Of a DNA stretch of 32,000 bases, positions 26,881 to 32,000 are shown piece by piece; within the stretch, counting starts at the first letter, position 1; the number at the start of each line of letters is the position of its first letter. Both the position numbers and the translations under genes were made by a program. Below the pieces are notes generated by a model, which saw only the letters and a list, made by a program, of their open reading frames with translations, searched no databases and was not told the origin of the DNA. The DNA lies in assembly GCF_043950625.1 (NCBI RefSeq), contig NZ_CP171007.1; one strand, written 5' to 3'. The stretch is from Alkanindiges sp. WGS2144. Lineage in GTDB: Bacteria; Pseudomonadota; Gammaproteobacteria; Pseudomonadales; Moraxellaceae.

Positions 26881-28854
26881 TTACTCAGCTACTTCAACTT
26901 TTAACAGCACTTGCCGCTTCTTCACTTGCTGACCCACTTGCCCAATAATCTCGCTAACCACGCCATCAATATCCGCTTTGATTTGCTGCTGAATCTTCAT
27001 GGCCTCCAGAATAATTAAGGTTTGCCCTTTGCTCACCGTATCGCCAGTATTGACCAGCACATTGACAATGGCGCCATCCATCGGTGCACGAATTTGCCCA
27101 TCCCCAGCGATATCAGCGTTAGCAGGCGGGGCATAGGTGGTGTTTTGAATGGTTAAATTGCCATTGGCACGATCCAGATACAGTGTATTGTCCTGTTGCA
27201 CATAAGCTACCGCGCGACGCACGCCCTGCCAAATATAAATCAGCTGGTTTACTGTCTGGCTGACAATTTGTAAGGTTGCTTGCTGCTCGCTTAGGCTGAT
27301 ATGCAAGCCATCATCTTTATTAAGCACTTGTAGGCTATAGTGTTTGTCACCTACCTGTAATTTTAGCGCACGCGGTAAATCTAGCGCTCCTTGCCATACC
27401 TGCTGATTGCTTTGTGTACTACTAAACAACGCGGTAGCAATAGCCAGCGATTCAAAATCGGCCTGTGCCGGCTGCATGCTGACATCATGGCTAAAATGCT
27501 GCGCTAAAAATGCGGTATTGGTATTACCGGCAACTAGCTCGGGCTGACGTAGTAAATTCACCAAAAATTGCTTGTTGCTATTCACACCCAGCAGCACAGA
27601 ATCTTCTACAGCACGTGCCAGCAAGCGCACCGCATCGATACGGGTTTTGCCATAAGCAATCACTTTGGCAATCATGGGGTCATAATACGGACTAACTTCG
27701 CCTTGTGGCGTCATGCCATGGTCGATGCGCACATTAGGCAGTTGCTTATCAGAGCAGCCATCAGCACCGGCTGGCTGCCAGAGCAATACCTTGCCAGTTT
27801 GCGGTAAAAAATCCTGTCCCGGGTCTTCGGCATACAGGCGTACCTCAATGGCATGGCCGTTCAGCTTTAACTGGTCTTGCTGTAATGGTAAAACTTCGCC
27901 ATTGGCAACCCGTAATTGCCATTCTACCAAATCTAGTCCAGTGATCAGTTCAGTCACCGGATGCTCAACCTGCAAGCGGGTGTTCATTTCCAGAAAATAA
28001 AAATTGCCGTCTGCATCCAGCAAAAACTCAACTGTACCCGCGCCGACATAGTTACAGGATTTAGCCGCAGCAACAGCAGCTTCGCCCATCTGCTTGCGCA
28101 AGTCATCGGTCATCACTGGACAGGGTGCTTCTTCCACCACTTTTTGATGACGGCGCTGGATGGAGCAGTCGCGCTCAAATAGATACACCACATTGCCATG
28201 CGTATCACCAAACACCTGTACTTCTACATGGCGTGGTGCAATGACGGCACGCTCCAGAATCAGTTCGCCAGAACCAAAGGCATTTTGTGCTTCAGAACGT
28301 GCCGTTGCCAGTGCAGCAGGTAAATCAGTCGCATTTTCTACCAGACGCATACCACGGCCACCCCCCCCCGCTGACGCCTTAACCATTAAGGGAAAGCCGA
28401 TTTTTTGGCCCTGTTCTGCCAGATGTTCCAGTGATTGCTCGCCACCTTCATAGCCGGGAATGCAGGGTACACCAGCCTCAAGCATGGCAATTTTGGATAG
28501 GCGCTTACTGCCCATCAGCTCAATGGCATCAGGCGTTGGGCCAATAAAGGTAATCCCTGCATGTTTACAGGCTAAGGCAAATTCTGCGTTTTCTGATAAA
28601 AAACCATAACCGGGGTGAATGGCATCAGCACCGGTGCGCTTGGCAGCATCCAGAATTTTCTCAATGCTGAGGTACGAATCGCTGACTTTTGCTTCGCCAA
28701 TACACACGGCTTCATCAGCAAACTGTACATGTAATGCAGCGGCATCAGCCTCGGAATACACTGCCACGGTTTGATAACCCATTGCCTTGGCCGTACGCAT
28801 GACCCGAACGGCAATTTCACCACGGTTTGCCACTAATACTTTTGAAAATGCCAT
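26881..28854 (-). CDS. Biotin-dependent acyl-CoA carboxylase alpha subunit (biotin carboxylase + BCCP); AtuF/LiuD-like
   Basis: 657 aa with N-terminus FSKVLVANRGEIAVRVMRTAKAMG, the ATP-grasp glycine loop KASAGGGGRGMR and a C-terminal biotinyl domain containing EAMKIQ. Confidence 0.92.
   Translation of the reverse strand: MAFSKVLVANRGEIAVRVMRTAKAMGYQTVAVYSEADAAALHVQFADEAVCIGEAKVSDSYLSIEKILDAAKRTGADAIHPGYGFLSENAEFALACKHAGITFIGPTPDAIELMGSKRLSKIAMLEAGVPCIPGYEGGEQSLEHLAEQGQKIGFPLMVKASAGGGGRGMRLVENATDLPAALATARSEAQNAFGSGELILERAVIAPRHVEVQVFGDTHGNVVYLFERDCSIQRRHQKVVEEAPCPVMTDDLRKQMGEAAVAAAKSCNYVGAGTVEFLLDADGNFYFLEMNTRLQVEHPVTELITGLDLVEWQLRVANGEVLPLQQDQLKLNGHAIEVRLYAEDPGQDFLPQTGKVLLWQPAGADGCSDKQLPNVRIDHGMTPQGEVSPYYDPMIAKVIAYGKTRIDAVRLLARAVEDSVLLGVNSNKQFLVNLLRQPELVAGNTNTAFLAQHFSHDVSMQPAQADFESLAIATALFSSTQSNQQVWQGALDLPRALKLQVGDKHYSLQVLNKDDGLHISLSEQQATLQIVSQTVNQLIYIWQGVRRAVAYVQQDNTLYLDRANGNLTIQNTTYAPPANADIAGDGQIRAPMDGAIVNVLVNTGDTVSKGQTLIILEAMKIQQQIKADIDGVVSEIIGQVGQQVKKRQVLLKVEVAE
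28361..28369 (-). repeat. G9 homopolymer (C9 on + strand) inside the carboxylase alpha-subunit gene
   Basis: Direct read: cca ccccccccc gct on the + strand. On the coding strand, GCG GGG GGG GGT GGC encodes AGGGG of the glycine-rich loop. Confidence 0.95.
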
Positions 28855-28970
28855 AATTATTCCACTAAAATCTTATTGCATGAATAGGTGTTATCAATAG
28901 AGCTGAGTTTGCTTGACTTATCCGGTTTGAGTTAATGCAGGCTGACTGAACAAGTTAATCAGCCTAGCTG

Positions 28971-29792
28971 TCAATTCGCCCAGTTTGGTAGGCGTTTCTG
29001 GATAAATGCCATGGTGCCTTCCATGCCTTCATTGCTGGCTACGGCCTCGGCAAATTGCTGTGCGGCTTTGTCCAGCGTATGCGATAAATTATCCACGTTG
29101 ATGCTGTTGTGTAGCAGGGCTTTGGTGACCCGGCTGGCATGTGGGGCAGTACGTTTAATTTGCTGTAAGGCACGTTCCAGAGCATCGTTTAATGCTGTAT
29201 CGCTATCAAATACCTCATGCGCAATGCCTAAGCGAGTAGCTTCCACTCCATCAAAGCGGTTACCTAATAAAGCCAGACGGCGTGCCTGGGTTAAACCAAT
29301 GCGCTGTACCACAAATGGCGCAATTTGTGCGGGCAAAATACCAAGACCAGTTTCAGGCAGGCCAAACTGCGCGGTATCACGGCATAAGGCCACATCAGAT
29401 ACACAAGCCAGACCAAAACCACCGCCCAGCACGGCACCTTCTAACACTGCTACCACCACTTGCGACGCATGATTGACTTTTTCAATGAGCGTGCCAAAGG
29501 CGCGGTTAAACTGTACATAAGCATTTAAATTGCCATCCTGTGCCGTTTTGGTACGCAAGGCAGCCATGTCCTTAATGTCGCCACCGGCACAAAAGTTAGC
29601 CCCTGCACCACGCAATACCACTGCACGGATGCTTAAGTCATCATGGATAGCATCAAACACACTACCCAATTCACGTAGCATGGTTTCACTCATGGCATTA
29701 CGGCATTCGGGACGGTTTAGCACGATGGATAGCGTCATGCCATCCTGTTGTAATGCCAGGGTGGACGTTTCAGGAAGTTGCGTGTGCTGCAT
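28971..29792 (-). CDS. Enoyl-CoA hydratase/isomerase family protein (AtuE/LiuC-like)
   Basis: 273 aa crotonase fold with FCAGGDIKDM and GGGFGLACVSD blocks. AAGGA lies 7 nt upstream of the ATG. Confidence 0.88.
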   Translation of the reverse strand: MQHTQLPETSTLALQQDGMTLSIVLNRPECRNAMSETMLRELGSVFDAIHDDLSIRAVVLRGAGANFCAGGDIKDMAALRTKTAQDGNLNAYVQFNRAFGTLIEKVNHASQVVVAVLEGAVLGGGFGLACVSDVALCRDTAQFGLPETGLGILPAQIAPFVVQRIGLTQARRLALLGNRFDGVEATRLGIAHEVFDSDTALNDALERALQQIKRTAPHASRVTKALLHNSINVDNLSHTLDKAAQQFAEAVASNEGMEGTMAFIQKRLPNWAN

Positions 29793-29827
29793 GGTAGAGT
29801 CCTTTTGATGTGGTCCTTAAGATTTGC

Positions 29828-30991
29828 TTAGGAGGCTTTACGCTTGGATGGTAAAATATCCATGAGCTTGCAAATAATGCCCAGCATGATTTCATCGGCA
29901 CCGCCACCAATGGAACCCAGACGGCCATCACGGTATAACTGCGACGCCGGGTTATCCCACATAAAGCCATTGCCGCCCCAGTATTGCAGACAGCTATCGG
30001 CCACTTCGCGGGTTAAACGGCCAGCCTTGAGCTTGGCCATAGAAGCCAGGTTGGTCACATTTTCCCCAGCAATGTGCTGCTCGCAAGCCTGATAAGTTAA
30101 GGCTTTTAGGGCTTCCACTTCAGTCATGAGTTCAGCAAAACGAAAATGCACATATTGATTGTTAATCAGCGGCTGTCCAAAAGTGGTGCGTTCTTTGGTA
30201 TAAGCGATGGTTTGTTCAATCACATTTTCCAGACCGCCTACCGCATTGGCGCAGGCCCACAGCCGCTCTTCCTGAAACTGCATCATTTGCATCATAAAAC
30301 CCATGCCTTCCACACCCACCAGATTGCGCTGAGGCACCCGCACATTGTCAAAAAACACCTGTGCGGTGGTGGTAGAACGCATGCCCAGTTTATTTAAGGG
30401 TTCAGAGAAACTAATGCCCGGGGTTTTGGCCGGCACAATAATCATGGATTTGTTGACGTGCGGCTTGTCATCCGAGGTATTGGCCAGCAGGCAAAAAAAG
30501 TCAGCTTGCAATGAGTTGGTAATCCACATTTTGCTGCCATTGATGACGTAATCATCACCATCTTTTTTGGCCGTAGTTTTAATGGCCGCTACATCAGAGC
30601 CGGCATGCACTTCGGATACTGCAATGGCCGCCACATATTCACCCGTGATGGCTTTATTTAAAAACTCATCACGCAGCTCAGGACTACCAAAACGAGCCAG
30701 CGCCGGGGTAGCCATATCGGTTTGCACCCCAATGGCCAGCGGTACACCGCCACAGGCCGCACGCCCCAGCTCTTCTGCCACCACTAGATTGTAGGAATAA
30801 TCCAGCCCTAAACCGCCATTGTCGGTCGGTTTACAAATCCCCAGCAGGCCGAGGTCACCCATTTTTTTAAACACCTCATGAATGGGGAAACGTCCGGCTT
30901 CTTCCCAATCTGGAATGTAGGGGTTGAGTTCTTTTTCAACAAAGCTACGGGCGGTACGGCGTAGTGCTTCATGTTCCGGGGTAAATTTCAT
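29828..30991 (-). CDS. Acyl-CoA dehydrogenase (AtuD-like; not the classical isovaleryl-CoA dehydrogenase N-terminus)
   Basis: 387 aa ACAD with blocks GSDVAAIKTTAKKDGDDYVINGSKMWITNS, LLANTSDDKPHVNKS, YWGGNGFMWDNP and IGGGADEIMLGIICK. AAGGA lies 8 nt upstream of the ATG. Confidence 0.9.
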   Translation of the reverse strand: MKFTPEHEALRRTARSFVEKELNPYIPDWEEAGRFPIHEVFKKMGDLGLLGICKPTDNGGLGLDYSYNLVVAEELGRAACGGVPLAIGVQTDMATPALARFGSPELRDEFLNKAITGEYVAAIAVSEVHAGSDVAAIKTTAKKDGDDYVINGSKMWITNSLQADFFCLLANTSDDKPHVNKSMIIVPAKTPGISFSEPLNKLGMRSTTTAQVFFDNVRVPQRNLVGVEGMGFMMQMMQFQEERLWACANAVGGLENVIEQTIAYTKERTTFGQPLINNQYVHFRFAELMTEVEALKALTYQACEQHIAGENVTNLASMAKLKAGRLTREVADSCLQYWGGNGFMWDNPASQLYRDGRLGSIGGGADEIMLGIICKLMDILPSKRKAS

Positions 30992-31047
30992 TCTAGTATC
31001 CTTTAAAAAACTCTTTAATTCATTTGGTAATGTGATCTGGTAAGGGA

Positions 31048-32000
31048 CTAAAGCCTTGCCACACCAAAGCTGCTTGGCGTGACTTCGCGATGTTCAGCTT
31101 CATGGATAGTTTGTAATAAAAACACCAGCAGACGACGGGTATCGCGTGGGTCAATCAGGCCATCATCATGTAGTCGGGCAGAGTTAAATAATGCGCCACT
31201 TTGCTGTTCCAGTTTGGTAGCGGTGCCTTGTTCCAGAAAATCCAGCACCTGCGGATCAGGCTGCATGCCTTTTTGCCGCTGCTTTTCTTCAGTCACAATG
31301 CGTAATACCTTGCCCGCCTGTGCGCCACCCATGACCGCAGTGCGTGAATTTGGCCAGGCAAAAATAAAGCGTGGGGATAAGCCGCGGCCACACATGGCAT
31401 AGTTACCGGCACCGTAAGAGCCACCCACCACAATGGAAATACGCGGCACGCGGGCATTAGCCACCGCCTGAATCAGTTTGGAACCATGCTTGATAATGCC
31501 GCTTTGTTCGGCATCGGTACCGACAATAAAACCAGTGGTATTATGCAGAAAAATGAGGGGACGCTGAGTTTGGTCACACAGTTGAATAAACTGCGCTGTT
31601 TTGACCGCACCTTGTGGGGTAATCGGGCCATTGTTGGTAATAATGCCAACTGTCTTGCCGCCAATCTTTGCCCAGCCACATACGGTCAGTGCATCAAATT
31701 CCTGTTTAAATTCCAGAAAGTCCGAATCATCCACCAAACGGGCAATCACTTCTTTCATGTCAAACGGCTGCTTGGTATCGGCAGGAATCAGGCCTAGCAC
31801 GTCATCAATCGGGTAGCGTGGTTCCAGATAATCCAGTGAGGCAGGCGTGGTTTGTTCCTTCCAGTTCAGCATAGACATGATATTGCGTGCCATACGAATG
31901 CCGTCGCTATCATTTTCTGCCAAATATTCAGCCGTACCTGCAATTTGCGCATGTAGCTCGGCACCGCCCAGTTCTTCACTGCTGGCTACTTCACCAGTGG
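31048..32000 (-). CDS. Acyl-CoA carboxylase carboxyltransferase (beta) subunit, C-terminal ~317 aa (5' end outside window); AtuC/LiuB-like
   Basis: The frame stays open to the window edge (…TGEVASSEELGGAELHAQIAGTAEYLAENDSD…); the track's M at 31923 is an internal TTG. The C-terminal CT domain carries IVVGGSYGAGNYAMCGR and FAWPNSRTAVMG. Confidence 0.9.
   Translation of the reverse strand, partial: TGEVASSEELGGAELHAQIAGTAEYLAENDSDGIRMARNIMSMLNWKEQTTPASLDYLEPRYPIDDVLGLIPADTKQPFDMKEVIARLVDDSDFLEFKQEFDALTVCGWAKIGGKTVGIITNNGPITPQGAVKTAQFIQLCDQTQRPLIFLHNTTGFIVGTDAEQSGIIKHGSKLIQAVANARVPRISIVVGGSYGAGNYAMCGRGLSPRFIFAWPNSRTAVMGGAQAGKVLRIVTEEKQRQKGMQPDPQVLDFLEQGTATKLEQQSGALFNSARLHDDGLIDPRDTRRLLVFLLQTIHEAEHREVTPSSFGVARL

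Noticed and set aside
28939-28965. 7-bp hairpin AGGCTGA/TCAGCCT with a 13-nt loop in the 116-bp gap between the hydratase and biotin carboxylase genes.
   Set aside because: Short stem, large loop and no U-tract. It may modestly affect mRNA stability but is not distinguishable from chance.
1-32000. Whole-window scan for CRISPR repeats, tRNA/rRNA/tmRNA-like sequences, IS inverted repeats, integrase/transposase/phage or toxin-antitoxin and defence-type ORFs.
   Set aside because: I saw no regularly spaced direct repeats. No ORF has recombinase, nuclease-helicase, reverse transcriptase or toxin-antitoxin-like signatures, and every ORF over 100 aa outside shadow frames is accounted for by a recognisable family. 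By-eye scanning cannot exclude small structured RNAs.

Overview
Chromosomal, mostly core-metabolism segment of a gammaproteobacterium. Gene content and order (nuo operon, PilZ-lolC-lolD-comEC synteny, moderate GC with AT-rich spacers) suggest Pseudomonadales/Moraxellaceae, Acinetobacter-like; this is inference, not a database hit. Left to right: the distal 8.5 kb of the NADH:quinone oxidoreductase operon (nuoG' H I J K L M N, translationally coupled), then upp, then a divergent LysR regulator/fpr pair. Next comes a loosely packed run of stand-alone genes with long AT-rich spacers, several with their own terminators or hairpins: a 5x TM-helix-repeat membrane protein, DUF4870-like and DUF421 small membrane proteins, an Amt ammonium channel with a clear sigma54 promoter, an HI0933/YhiN flavoprotein, and a DMT/EamA transporter preceded by a leader-like unit ending in a strong intrinsic terminator. 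After that: a PilZ protein back-to-back with lolC-lolD-comEC, a convergent LpxL/M-type lipid A acyltransferase, and sppA plus an alpha/beta hydrolase. On the minus strand lies a carboxyltransferase / acyl-CoA dehydrogenase / enoyl-CoA hydratase / biotin carboxylase cluster in atuCDEF order, with its 5' end outside the window. I found no rRNA, tRNA, CRISPR array, IS/transposase, integrase, phage or recognisable defence genes, and no long unexplained non-coding block, so I do not claim a new multi-gene system. Best leads: (1) the leader/terminator unit upstream of the DMT transporter, (2) the PilZ protein with widely split c-di-GMP motifs, (3) the MscS-less TM-helix-repeat protein, (4) the Atu-type rather than Liu-type carboxylase cluster, which carries a G9 slippage-prone tract, (5) the single-permease (LolF-type) Lol transporter. 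All coordinates and motifs were read by eye from the sequence. No searches or folding programs were run.
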